Shown piece by piece: positions 11,401-24,110 of a DNA stretch of 64,000 nt. How positions within the stretch are numbered: the first letter of the stretch is position 1; every line of letters begins with the position of its first letter. The translations under genes and the position numbers were made by a program. The notes below the pieces were generated by a model. It saw only the letters and a list, made by a program, of their open reading frames with translations, ran no database searches and was not told the origin of the DNA. Where the stretch lies: NCBI RefSeq assembly GCF_006345805.1, contig NC_043008.1, positions 9,300,001-9,364,000 on the forward strand, written 5' to 3'. Source of the stretch: Octopus sinensis. Its lineage: Eukaryota.

Positions 11401-14400
11401 TTTGTCCTAAACCAGGACTGCCGTGTTATGTTGGCAAACAATCTTTACTATAAAGTACTGTTGATGAATATCTCATGTTGTGAGATTTAAAAATAGTAAT
11501 TTTCTAAACGAACTCATGTTAACGAGAACTTTTCCCCACAGAAAGTTTTGGAAGTGTTGCAGGTAATGTGATACCACTTATTTCTATGCTCAGTAGAGTC
11601 AACTTCATCTTTCATCTTCCCAAGGTTAGAAAGATAAGACTTGGTAATAAAGAAGAGACCATCTTCATTGAATTTACTAAACAACCTAACACTGAGAAAC
11701 ACCTCCATTGTGTCAAGAAAAACGACATCTCCCTCACCTGATTGGCATGTCCAACGAGTAAAATGGATTCTTTAAGGCGTAGTCAGAGTAAACTTCATAC
11801 ATTTTCCTAAGAAGCTGTTCCACAGCAATTTGTCGCAGATCCGTGAGTGCCAGAAACTTGAGGCCTGAAATAATAAACAAAAATACATTCAATAATTATA
11901 ACTAGAGTCCTCTTCTCAGTCACCAATCTCTTGTAGAGATGATGATGATAATAACAAAGGTGGATGCCTATCTATGGGCTCCATCTGTCTCTCATATCAG
12001 TGGCTCCCTGTTAGATCATGCTATTGTGGCATACATTGGATGAAGTAAGTTCAAATTCCGCCGATGTCGACTTTGACTTTCATCCTTTTGGGATTGATAA
12101 ATTAAGTACCAGTTGCGTACTGGAGTTGATCTAATCAACTAGCCCCCTCCCCCAAAATTTCAGGCCTAGTGCTTAGAGTAGAAAAGATTCTATTGACTTC
12201 CTATAAACTATATTTCTTTAAACTCTTGTTTCGGTCTTTCTAATTTCCAATCATTTTCAGTTGTCTTAGCTATATACATTTTCCACCAAAACAAAACTGG
12301 AGCTTCTGGGATCAAATCCAATCTAGAGGAATGTGTGTGTGTGTATGTTTAGGGACAAGGCAATTTAAAAATTTTAAATGACCGGATCAACTGGAAACTA
12401 GTCTTTAAGAGAGGAATATGAAAAACTAAGACCAATAAGTCTTGAACATTTAAATTAATAGGAACTGTTGGCTCTTTGACAAAAATGCAGAAAGTAAAAC
12501 TTGAACAAATCAATCAGTTTTTTGCCTTACCTGTCATACTTTGGAAACAATGTAATTTGAATGTGTCTGTCTCTATCAGGTCAATTCCAGAAGAACGTGG
12601 CTCAGGAGAAAGTTGGCAGCTGATGGTGTATAATCTACAGATAAATGATAAAATTGATTAAACAATGAAGCTATAAAACGGCTGTTCAACCTATTCACTG
12701 TAGAAATCTCAGGCAAACACAAGAGTTTCCCTGTGAAGAACCTCATTTTGTGATATAGGTCTTCTTGAGTAGGGGTGACTACAGATGCTGAATAATGAAA
12801 GATAATATACATCATCATTTAATGTCCAGCTTCCGAGCTGACATGGGTTGGGTGCTTCAACAGAATCTGAAAAGCTAGAGGACTGCACCAAACTTCACTG
12901 TCAACTTTATCATCATCATCATTTAACGTTCGTTTTTCATGCTGGCATGGGTTGGACGATTTGACTGAGATCTGGGAAGCCAGGAGGCTGCACCAGGCTC
13001 CAATCTGATCTGGCAATGTTTCTACAGCTGGATGCCCTTCCTAACGACAACCACTGTGAGAGTGTAGTGTGTGCTTTTTACATGCCACCAGCACAGGAGC
13101 CAATCAGGCGGGCCTGGTATATATCACGTTCAGAAAGTAATTATTACATGCCACCGGCATGGGAGCCAGTCAATGGGTACTGGCATTGGCCACATTTGGA
13201 TGGTACTTTTTACATGCTACTGGCAATGTCAAGTGGCATGCCAAATGAAGACAGATAAATTAAGTACCAGTTGCATACTGGGGTCGATCTAATTGACTGA
13301 CCTCCTCCCCCCAAATTATGGGCCTTGTGCCTAGCGTAGAAAATATTTCTACTTCAGAAACTCGTACTGTCTGAAATGTAATGGAAAATCACTGTTTTAA
13401 AACATTGATGTTCAGGTCAGAAAAGCAAAGGGTGAAGGGGATAGTAGTCATTTCCTTTGATTTCTAGATAGAAGAAGCAAAGAGGAAATAACACTTACTG
13501 ACCAAATACAAAAAAAAGATAAAAATTTTCTTACACAGTGTTCTCCATCAGTGATGGGTAAATCTGTGATGCAGAGGAAAATTTCCATTTCCTCAACTTC
13601 AAACACAGAAAACTGCAGCAAACACTGGATTGTGAATCCCTCAATAACAACAAATGCAATAAAAACAACATGGAGATGAAGGAATTCAACTTACGAGTGA
13701 AACATGCTGGCAAGCATAATTCTTTCGTTTGTCGTTAATTTTGGCCGACCAAATTTTATGTTGATTGGGTAATTTTCTTCACAGGCCAAAAGTTCCAGAA
13801 TGTCACGGCCATCCTTGAGATATCGACCTTCAGCCGTAATTCCATTAATACCAAGTACAGTATGTCCCACTGAACAGAGAGAAAAAAACTGAATTGTACA
13901 AAGAGCCATTTTATGGACAATAAAACAATAAGTCAAAAATATAAGGTAGACATTCTTCTTTTCTATGTCTGTGTGTCTTATCATCATCATTATTTCTCTT
14001 TATCACAAACTTTGTTGGAGCTCCTGGAGTCTTGCATTCATAGCAGGCTTGCTACCTGCATGCTACGGTACCATGCTATCCATTCTTTACAGTTATCTAA
14101 TACTTTCCTGATTATTCTGGCCGTGCCAAGGAGGCAAACCTTTTGTAACAGTTCTACTGGGCACTCCATTCTAATTTCCTTGATATTACCCTTGATGCTT
14201 TCTGATACTGTTCCCAAGGACCCAACAATAACTGGCACTATCTTCACCTTCATTTTCGATAGCCAAGTTATTTTGTACTTAAGAGGGTTCTATCTATCTT
14301 TTTGCCTTCCTTCTTGACTATTCGTCTGTCAAAGGGGCATGCAACATCAACTATATAGCACATGTGGTGCACCTTGTCCACCACCACTAGGTCTGGTCTG

Positions 14401-16395
14401 TTATGCTCTAGCACCTGATCTGTTGGCATTGGGAAATCCCAGAAGATTTTGCTAGTCTCCAACTCTGCCACTCTCTGCACTTTGTGCTCATACCATGTCT
14501 TGCCACTCTCTAGCCCCAACTTTTTGTAGTTTCCAATGTAGTACTTTCACAACTTGATCATGTCACCACAACTTGTAGTGGTTTTGGGCAAGTCTAGGGC
14601 ATCCATTCATGATATGGCCAATGGTTTCATCCACTCCATTGCAGATATGGTACAGCGGAGACACTTACTAATTCCTAAGGCTGATCTTTCAGTCTGTGGC
14701 CAAAGTTTGGTCTTGCGCTGCCAAAACAGAGCTCTCAGTCTCTTTTATGATTATTATTATTATGTGTGAAGATGCATGACCTAGTGGTTAGGGTGTTACC
14801 CTCACAACTGTGACATCATGGTTTCACTTCCTAGACCAGGTGGTGTGTTGTGTTCTTGAGCAAAACACTTTATCTCACATTACTTTGCGATTACTTTGAT
14901 ACCAGATGCATGATATGCTGTGTCTGGTCATTCAACAAAAAGCTGACCACTCATACATCATCTTTGACCGAAGAGTCCATCGTCATTATTATTATTATTG
15001 AAGGCAGGCAGTGAGCTGGCAGAAATGTGAGCACGCCAGGTGAAATGCTTAGCGGTATTTTATCTACCATTACATTCTGAGTTAAAAAAACTACTCTCGG
15101 ATCATCATCATCATTTAGCGTCCCCTTTCCTTGCTAGCATGGGTTGGACGGTGAAACTGGGGCCTGGGAAGCCAGAAGGCTGCACCAGGCTCCAGTCTGA
15201 TCTGGCAATGTTTCTACGGCTGGATGCCCTTCCTAACGCCAACCACTCCATGAGTGTAGTGGGTGCTTTTTATGTGCCACCGGCACAGGTGCCAGACGGG
15301 GCTGGCAAACGACAACGCTCGAATGGTGCTTTTTACGTGCCACCGGCATGGGGGCCAGGCGAGACTATCCTAAAAATAACAATGGAAATATTTCTTCGGA
15401 AAGAAGCGAAATTTAAAAGTAACTGTAGCTTTTATCCATAATATTATAAGATTGTTATATACATACATATATATATATAAATATATATATATACACACAC
15501 AACATATATATATATATTCAAAGCTATTATGTTGCTATCCAAAGTCTCTGCTTTTTATCAGAAATAAAAACGGAAAGGTTTATACCTTATGTCCACTGAG
15601 TAGCGATGGAGTTGAAAACTCAGCTTATTCTATTATATATTTATATATATATATATATATATATATAAATGGTACTATTCAAGAAGAGTGGTCCCGGTGC
15701 GCGCACTCGCGCATCCGCGCTAGCTAGTCGTGCCTAGTCGATCCTTACTTTGTTTTTGTTTTATTTACTTTGTTTTAAAAAAATTATTTATTTTGTGTTT
15801 TATTTACTTTGCTAGGTAGTCGTTGTAGGATCGAATAGTCACGACTAGCTAGTGCGGATGTGCGAGTACGCGAGTGCGCGCACCGGGACCACTCTTCTTA
15901 AATAGTACCTATATCAATTATTCCTAAACAAGAATAATTCTTGGCAGTGACTTGGAAGTCACTGCCAGTTAAGTATATATAAAGAGAGAGAATTTTCCCT
16001 CCCGTTTGTAATTTCAGGTACGTTTTATATGCAATTGCAAAAAGTAAATATAAAAAAAAGACAGATAGAATGTGTGTAGGGTTTAATCTGAAATAAAATT
16101 TAAGTTTAAACGGGTGGAAATATGAATAAATATGAAAATTAGATGAAAAAAGAGAAAGGAGAGAGACCCACCTCCCAAGGTTTTTGGTTGGAGAGAGAGA
16201 GAGGAAGGGTCAATACAAACCTTTAACGCCGTCTCGTTCGCCAAAAGAAACGACTACTTTGTCATCGTGAACCTTCAGAACGATGTCCAAAGGATAACCA
16301 AACGTCTTCTCTATTTCGGGTCTGTTGGAATTCTGGTCGAATTGATAAATAAGGCCTCCAGCCTTGTTAATGATGTAAACACTCAAAACAGCCAT
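8434..16395 (-). CDS. TRAPPC4: Trafficking protein particle complex subunit 4 (Trs23/synbindin), 5 exons, 216 aa
   Basis: Exons (minus) 16395-16221, 13869-13695, 12634-12531, 11864-11738, 8503-8434 (175/175/104/127/70 nt), all GT-AG and in frame. Peptides [54 protein letters not shown] and [19 protein letters not shown] are diagnostic of TRAPPC4. Confidence 0.97.
8700..9086 (-). mobile_element. Non-autonomous Helitron-like element (~390 bp) in TRAPPC4 intron 4
   Basis: The minus strand begins A|TCTCTCTATATATAAAG and ends CCTGAGCAACACCAGG (hairpin) CAATACTGCTAG|T: 5' TC, 3' hairpin plus CTAG, inserted between A and T. Confidence 0.7.
9474..9706 (+). mobile_element. SINE family A copy with 16-bp TSD
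   Basis: GAAACTATCAGAATAT flanks both sides. Confidence 0.85.
10420..11000 (-). mobile_element. RTE LINE reverse-transcriptase C-terminal fragment (decayed)
   Basis: Translates ..[55 protein letters not shown].., with stops and frameshifts. Confidence 0.75.
11104..11451. mobile_element. Fold-back element with ~130-bp inverted arms
   Basis: TAGTAAAGATTGTTTGCCAACATAAC...TTTTCGAACA versus TGTTCGAAAA...GTTATGTTGGCAAACAATCTTTACTA; located in TRAPPC4 intron 4. Confidence 0.75.
13975..14750 (-). mobile_element. R4/Dong-clade LINE 3' fragment (CCHC finger plus restriction-like endonuclease)
   Basis: [48 protein letters not shown] and [27 protein letters not shown]; short (TAA)-type repeats at both ends. 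Confidence 0.85.
15671..15909. mobile_element. MITE with ~80-bp GC-rich terminal inverted repeats
   Basis: GGTACTATTCAAGAAGAGTGGTCCCGGTGCGCGCACTCGCG... and reverse complement ...CGCGAGTGCGCGCACCGGGACCACTCTTCTTAAATAGTACC around a T-rich core. Confidence 0.8.
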
Positions 16396-16559
16396 TTTTC
16401 AGTGCAGACAACTCGTTGTGGCGAGGAGAATAAATTATTATCGACCAGTGTGATGGATGCGGGACTTCAGACGAACAACAACACTCCTTCCCCCCATCCG
16501 TTTGTCGTTTTAAGTTTCCGTCTATCAGCGTGACAGGAGGGAGAAATACATTGCGCTTT

Positions 16560-16597
16560 CATTATCATCATCATCATCATCGTCATTATCATCATCA

Positions 16598-16652
<55 letters not shown>

Positions 16653-16832
16653 CATTACTATTATTATTATTATTATTATTATTATTAGTTCTGAGTTCAA
16701 ATTCCGCCGAGGTCGACTTTGCCTTTCATCCTTTCAGGGTCGATTAAATAAGTACCAGTTACGCACTGGGGTCGATGTAATCGACTTAATCCCTTCTCCC
16801 AAATTTGAGGCCTTGTTCTTCCAGTAGAAAGG

Positions 16833-16888
<56 letters not shown>

Positions 16889-16895
16889 CATCATT
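16560..16895 (+). repeat. (CAT)n/(TAT)n microsatellite with an embedded 5'-truncated SINE A (16688-16830)
   Basis: Visible triplet runs flank the GAGTTCAAATTCCGCCGAGGTCGAC body. Confidence 0.85.
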
Positions 16896-17169
16896 ATATA
16901 CTGGTTCTAACTTTCATCAGGTATAAAATGTATGAAAATACGTTTGACCGGTGATCTTTCATTTATTTTCATCAATTTTCAACTTTAGCCAATTAAGTAT
17001 TGGTGACCCTAACACACTTCTGGAGAAAACCCGGGAATATCCTTTGTCAAGCTAACTGTCGGACAACAGCTGATGAGAGAGAGAGAGAGAGAGCAGGGGT
17101 GGTGGAGTGGAGGGGAATGAGGGTGTGTATGAAACTCTGGGAATTGTTAAACAACTAAACCTGAGATCG

Positions 17170-17560
17170 TAGATGCAGTGGTTTCTCGTGGTTCTCCGTC
17201 GGTTACGACGACGAGGGTTCCAGTTGATCCGATCAACGGAACAGCCAGCCTGCTCGTGAAATTAACGTGTGAGTGGCTGAGCACTCCACAGACATGTGTA
17301 CCCTTAATGTAGTTCTCGGGGAGGAAGATTCAGCGTGACAAGGCTGGCCATTTTGAAATACAGGTACAACAGAAACAGGAAGAAAGAGTGTGAGAAAGCT
17401 GTGATGAAAGAATACAGCAGGGTTCGCCACCACCCCCTGCTGGTGCCTCGTGGAGCTTTAGGTGTTTTCGCTCAATAAACACACCCGATCAGGAAATCGA
17501 AACTGCGATCCCACGACCGCGTGTCCGCTGCCCTAACCACTGGGTCATTACGACTCCACA
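17170..17560 (-). mobile_element. tRNA-derived SINE (further family; related head at 50440-50525)
   Basis: Minus-strand head GACCCAGTGGTTAGGGCAGCGGACACGCGGTCGTGGGATCGCAGTTTCGATTTCC with A/B-box-like motifs. Confidence 0.6.
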
Positions 17561-19958
17561 GTGATTTAATAATAAGAAAAGTTGCTGAAAAATATTTTAC
17601 AAGGGAGAGAGTTCGGTGCAGAATAACAAATTGAGATTGCATAGTTTCTTCCCTTGTATTAATTACACTTTAGCTGAAGACCAGATTATCCGGCAGTATT
17701 TTTGGACATCCCAAGGGTATTTAAAGAGCTAGGATGGTCGAAGGTTTATGGAGAATCAATATCGTTTTGTCGCAAAACTGAATTTAGTTGGAAATATTTG
17801 ACTCTTTAAATAGTCTAAAAAGTTCACATATGTAGTATTGCCTTGAGAGACAAACTTTCTGAAAGCTGTTGTCCCCTTATTATAAATTTGTCCCAGCTTC
17901 TCTCTTGAGAGTTGTAATCTTTATTATTCTTTTACTTGTTTCAGTCATTTGACTGTGGCCATGCTGGAGCACCGCCTTTAGTCGATCGAGCAAATCGACA
18001 TATTCAGCTTCTTGGTGAAAACTCCTCAACGTTCAACAGAACAAAACAATACGAAGAAAATCCTTAAACAGAAAGAATAATGGTTTTATTTAATTGTGGT
18101 CTGCGCTGCATTGAGATAAGAGTTTCTCAATGTTGTGTATGCGAGATAGTATATAAGAATACCTTGAAATAAAAACGATACATTTTATAACGGAGGACGG
18201 TCGTAAGAACAACCTACATACACTCAACGATTCTCTTCCAAAGATCAAATGCAAAAAGGGAAGATTTTCCTTCCACTTTTCGTTTTATAATACGTAGAGC
18301 GCAAGTCTCTCACTTCCAAGTAATCCAGAAATTCATAGAATGTTCCAGAACATTCTACGGAAGGTCACTCCAGCTACATCCCTTTTTAAATTTTTTATTT
18401 AATTAACTGAGAAGGCGCTATAAGTCCCACAGCAGAGTACCAGCTTTGAAGTGATTTATTCTTTGAGAGAATTTTGCTATCCTACAACAAAACGTGTGTG
18501 TGTGTGTAGTGGCGGATGCGGGGGTGTTGCCCTTGTTGCCCTGGCAACGCCCTTTCTAGCCGAACCGACACCAAATATAATAACCTTGTTATTTTATTTC
18601 CTGCAGTTTCACAGCATTATTCTTTTATATGCATATCGCCTGCCACAACAACATTAGAATACGTAAAAATGTGTTCATTTGTTACGAATTGCTATTCTCA
18701 CGTTACACAGTATTTTTTTTTTCGAAACTTTTGAGCAACACCCTAAAAAGAGCCCTTAATCCCCAACCCTGATTTGGGTGTGTGCGTGCGTACGCGCGTT
18801 TATTAATAATTCTTTACAATTTTGCCATAAGGCCAGAAATTTTAGGGAAAGAAGGGATTTGCCGATTACGTTGACCCCCATTGATCAACTGGTACTTATT
18901 TTGGCTTGCCTACACAACTGTGCATCCCACCCACGACCACCACCACTGACTTTGTTTCATCGTAACTTTCAGGAAAATGGATATTTTCCTAACGAAATTT
19001 TCTTCGTATATGCTTCAGAGGGTATAGATCTGCCCACGGTGGGCGTGGGTGGAAGTACCGCCCGCTTTGGGACCCACTGATCTATATATATACCTTCTGT
19101 GTTGGTCTTTGGTAAGCAATAAACAATTTAAGCTCCCGTCAAACTGTCCAATCAAAGCCAGAATGGAAAACGGACGGATGATGATGATGATGATGTCGAA
19201 AGAATTTATAACTCTACTGTGACATAAAGTATTGATTTCTTACATGTGGCTACGACTTCGAAAGGTAAAGGGTAACAAGACTGCGTAAGATAACTTTCTT
19301 TATTGGCCACACAGGGCTGGACACAGAGGGGACAAGTACAAATGTAGAGCTTTTCTTCTCGGAGGTGGAAAAGGAAAAAGAAGAAAAAAAGGAAACAAAT
19401 GTAAAATTTCTATGAAAAGGGATCGGAAAAAAAAAAAAGCGATCAAAAGGGATCGTGTATCACAGTAAGAAAAAAAAAAATTTTTCAAAGTAACAAAAAA
19501 GATTTGGTTCATCCGTGGAAAGAAAAGCCTACAGAAAAGACCACGGTAACCTCAGGCAGGGAGGAAATAAACACATGAGAGCAAAGTGCTCTCTCTCTCT
19601 CTCTTTTACGATTTACAGGATCATACTCAAAGTGGTTTCGTCACTCGCACGCACCATCTTTGCTACATTCACCCACCTTTTTTTGAAACTTTCACGAGAC
19701 AAAACCTGCCTTTCCAAGACTGTGTAAGATAACATGCTTTACCAAAGAACATAAGACGTGTAAGAGAAATGACTGGGACTGAAAAATTGAAACTAAGTTG
19801 TTTGTTCAACTCCCTGCGAATCTATTTAAAATCTTTTATGTTCAACAATATGATTGAGAGATCCTTCCTGTGTCACAATCGTAAGGTGTAACATCTGTGG
19901 TAAATTATTAACCAAGAACTCGTGTTCCGTCAACACCGGCGGTGTTGGTTAATTAAGC

Positions 19959-22900
19959 ATGGCGAAGTGCTTGTGTTTTGTGTCTCGTCTTCTTCTGTCG
20001 CCAAAATCTGTTTTTCCTATCCACCCGTCAGTTATTATTTCCAGTCGTGGTTATGCAAGGAAACAGCGATTACCACCAAACCCTCTTGAATTACCGACAG
20101 AAAAAGAGGAAATGACATTGATGGACCCCGACAACGACCTGGACGAGTGTTTTGATGATTATTATAACAGCCCCGACAACAAACTTCGGTCGAAATTTGA
20201 TATCAAAAAGTACGTATTGTGCATTTGATGTTCGGAAACTGCAGTAGTGTGTGTGTGTATGTGTGTGATACGTTTATTTGAAGGTGTATAAGCTTATGGT
20301 GGTTAATAGGATCTAGATATTAACCCTTAATAGTCGAGCCTGTGCTAATGGAGACCTCCGGCGCCCTTGACTAGCAGACCATATCGGGGATGGATTTCGG
20401 TATAAGTACTGCAAGTGGTAATAAATCTCTGAGCGAGTTATAAACAGTAGCTGCAACACATCATGACGTATATTTGCCATTTAAATATGGCTAACCCCTA
20501 AGGGTGGATGCTACTGTAGTTTGTAGCCCCAGGAGGACACCTCCTCCAGCTTGCTTTAGACACACTTTCTGTGCCCTATCGGTGTTTGCAAAGGCTTCCT
20601 TTTGCAAACACTGATAGGGGTTAGACATATTTAAATGGAAAATATACGTCATACTGGAAGTGGCTTTGTAAGAAAGTGGGTTTTTTTTTTATATATATAT
20701 GGGGGTTAGGGTTAGGGGTGGGAGAAAAGGGTTTCTGTTATCTTCATAAATGTAAACAAAGCCACTTACGGTACTTATACCGAAATTCATGCTAAAACAA
20801 CGGCCTTGACGCACAACACATGAACGAGGAAGCTTCTAGAGTGTCACTCAATCTGTTAGAAATAGCAGCTAAATTTCCTTCAATCGCAGTTTTCGTCCCC
20901 TTAAATAAGGAAGCGTACATTGGATACTCAACATGTGAAAACTGAAGATGGAATGGTGGAGTTCTGGTTTAGGCACCCCATGTAACCCCTCAGAACTTTT
21001 TTATGTTTTTTGAATTATCAGAAAAATTTTGCGAATTTGTGTTCTACACACGGGGATTTATACGATTATAGAATTTTTTAAAAAAAACAATTTAAAGTAT
21101 GGGCAGTTCGAAATTTTGGCTTAAATCCCAGCAATGGACTAGTAAATGTATGGGGAGAAAAATATTGAAAAACGTCAATTCATGTCAGAGTGACCAAGAA
21201 ATGAGGAAGGTATCAAGTGGTCGTGAGATGTGCTAAAAATAACAGCCAAATAACCCTTAAATCACACAAAATATTTATTCTTTTATATTTGTTTTTGTTC
21301 AAAGCCACTTCCTTCCAATATCACTCCTCCCCTCTTAAGGGATCTCTTGTCTTACAAATTACTTGACCTTGACAGTGCTGTTGCCACATAGAACCCATCC
21401 AATCCATTCTGTAATGTGATTGGTGTTTGGAAGGGCATCCAACGTGTAAAATCCATACCAAAACAGACTTTGCCAGTGCTGGTGCCACAGAAAGCATGCA
21501 GGTTATTCTGTAAAGTGGTTAGCATTAGGAAGGAACCCAGCTGTAAAAACTATACCAAAACGGACCTTGGAAGTAGAATGAAAAGAGCTGTTGTTGTGTA
21601 ACCCCAGGTCAGCTCTGATATGAATATTCCGTCAAGCAAGTCAAGCGACCTTGTACAGGGTCCATTGCTGGTGCCATATAAAAAACATGCAGTCCACTCT
21701 GTAACGGGGTTGACATTAGGAAGGGCATCCAGCTGTGAAAACCATGCCAAAACAGAAAGTGGGGCTAGGTACAGTCTTCTGGCTTACCAGCTCCTGTTAT
21801 GCTGTCCAACCCATACCAGAGCATGGAAGATGGGCCTTAAATGATGATGAATACTTCCAGAACACAATGATAAATAAAGTATGAAGTCAAGACATTATTG
21901 GAAGTAAATACTGTAGAGCTTATATATTGGTGTAGGAGTGTCTGTGTGGTAAGTAGCTTGCTTACCAGCCACATGGTTCCAGGTTCAGTCCCACTGCGTG
22001 GCACCTTGGGCAAGTGTCTTCTACTATAGCGTCGGGCCGACCAAAGCCTTGTGAGTGGATTTGATAGATGGAAACTGAAAGAAGCCTGTCGTATGTATAT
22101 ATATATATATGTGTGTGTGTTTGTGTATATGTTTGTGTCTGTGTTTGTTCCACCAACATCGCTTGACAACCGATGCTGGTGTGTTTACGTCCCCATAACT
22201 TAGCAGTTCGGCATAAGAGACCGATAGAATAAGCACTAGGCTTACAAAGAATAAGTTCTGGGGTTGATTTGCTTGACTAAAAAGGCGGTGCTCCAGCATG
22301 GCCACAGTCAAATGACTGAAACAAGTAAAAGAGTGTATGAAACTGTAAAAATGGAATCTTATTTGAGAAATTAAAAATTTTTTCTTTGTCTTACTTGCAG
22401 GATAATTAATCAGGAGAAGAAGAAGGTAAAACTAAAGATCTTAGAACGCAAATACTTCAAGACTCCCCAAGAAGCAAACTTCCTAACATGGAGGGCGAAA
22501 GAACAAATTCGTTTCTTAAATGCCGAATATCCTGAAGAATGGACACTTGAAAGACTGTCTCAGAGCTTTCCTATTAGCAAAACTGGTTTAATTAAATTGC
22601 TGTCTTCTACTTATGTGATGGATTCTGAGAAAATTTTAAAACATGATTCCAATGTAAAAAAGAGGTGGAAAAAGCTGAATGCAGAACTGTCCTTAAATGA
22701 AAGGGTCGTTAGTCCTGAATTCAAACATTTGATAGAATCAGGTAAATTGGAATTACTGAAAAATGCCGGAGGTTTAATGGAAGCTCCCAAATTGCCTTCT
22801 GAAATGCATAATGTATCAACGAAAAATTCTGAAAAGAAAATGGGTAGATTTGAAAGTATTTTACAAAATTATGAAAGATTTTCTGAAAAGCAAAACTATA

Positions 22901-23502
22901 TTTGTAATACTAGCAACAAACAAGATTTGGTTAAGCTGATGCCAGAAGAGCAAGATACAGGTGCCAAGATACCTATTGAAGAGTATAACGAGTCAAAGCT
23001 AGATTGGTCGTCTATTGATTATGAAATTAAAGAAACTGATGTCCGAGCAAGAAATTCTCATTTAGAACCTTCAGAAAACCTTGCTAATCAAATTACAGAA
23101 GAATACCTGAAAAATGCTCCAAGAAAAATACGGAGAAAAATAAAGAGTGGCGATATTAGTTTGTCTGATCTGACTTACTTGGAGGCTTATCAGTTAATTG
23201 GCACCGAAAAGGTAAAGGATATCGAAACATCATCACAGACCAAAACTAATTACGAAAATGAACAACATTCAGAACACAACAGGGATTCACTGTTGGAGGA
23301 ATTACTCTCTAAGTCAACATCCAGTGCTATACCTGTTGCAGGTAGTCACGAGAGAATGCCTGATTTTTCTGGTTTTACTGTTGATGATTTTGTAAATATA
23401 CCTGAACATGTTAAAGGATCAAAGGGAACCGTATACAAAAAGGATAATGCATATTATGATGAGTATGGGGAGTTTTTATACAAAGTGCCAATTAGCGAAT
23501 AA
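19959..23502 (+). CDS. NGRN: Neugrin (mitochondrial ribosome assembly factor, Rrg9/NGRN family), 2 exons, 450 aa
   Basis: Exon 1 19959-20209 (donor GTACGT), exon 2 22401-23502 (acceptor ttgcAG), phase 2. Contains LTWRAKEQIRFLNAEYPEEWTLERLSQSFPIS (neugrin domain) and C-terminal YYDEYGEFLYKVP, similar to the vertebrate FFDxxGNFLYRI end. The N-terminus is Arg/Ser/Leu-rich, like a mitochondrial presequence. Confidence 0.88.
21932..22335 (+). mobile_element. tRNA-derived SINE family B with CORE-like segment (further copies at 24500-24935, 25060-25433, 33575-33980, 48440-48680, 53430-53585, 58765-59225, 60650-61368)
   Basis: GGAGTGGCTGTGTGGTAAGTAGCTTGC..GGGTTCAGTCCCACTGCGTGGCACCTTGGGCAAGTG..(TA/TG)n..GACTGAAACAAGTAAAAGAG. 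Confidence 0.85.
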
Positions 23503-23649
23503 ACTAAAAATATTTTTTATTAAAATTTGTAAAGACAGATAAATTAAATATATCTTTTTGTGTCCTCGTTTGAAATCCTACGGAAATTGAGTCTGTATTT
23601 TGTCTTTCAATAAAATGATACCAGGCAATGTATTTGAGTTGATAAAATA

Positions 23650-24110
23650 AATAATAATAATAATGAAATAATTGTATACAGTGCTCAGGTGCACCACAAC
23701 TTGTCAAAAGTGTGTATAAAGTATATGCAGTGATGTACAAATGTCTGGAAAGCGAACAGTGTATGAGTCAGATACATACTTGCGTATTTATGGAGGGGGA
23801 GAAAATCAGGTGTAGTGTTGGCGAATCTCAGGAAGCATGGAAGGTTTGAAGGATGCAGTGCTCCGACAACTAACAACTGATGCTGGCAGTTTGTTCCATG
23901 CTTCAGCAACTCTCAGCATGAAAAAATGTTTCTGAAAGTCATGGGAGCTGTGCTGTTTTCTGACTTTGTAAACATGTCCACAGGTGTTAGACAGATGGAG
24001 TTTGAAAAGGTGCTCAGAGTTATTGTTAGTAAGATGGTTAATAATTTTATGGGTGTCTGCCAAGTCAGCTGCCAGACGTTGGAGTTTCAAAGTGTCCATG
24101 CCCAGGGAAG
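23650..24110 (-). mobile_element. CR1/L2-group LINE 3' end
   Basis: ..QKHFFMLRVAEAWNKLPASVVSCRSTASFK.. followed by a 3' UTR and (ATT)n tail; the same tail occurs at 3185-3238. Confidence 0.8.
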
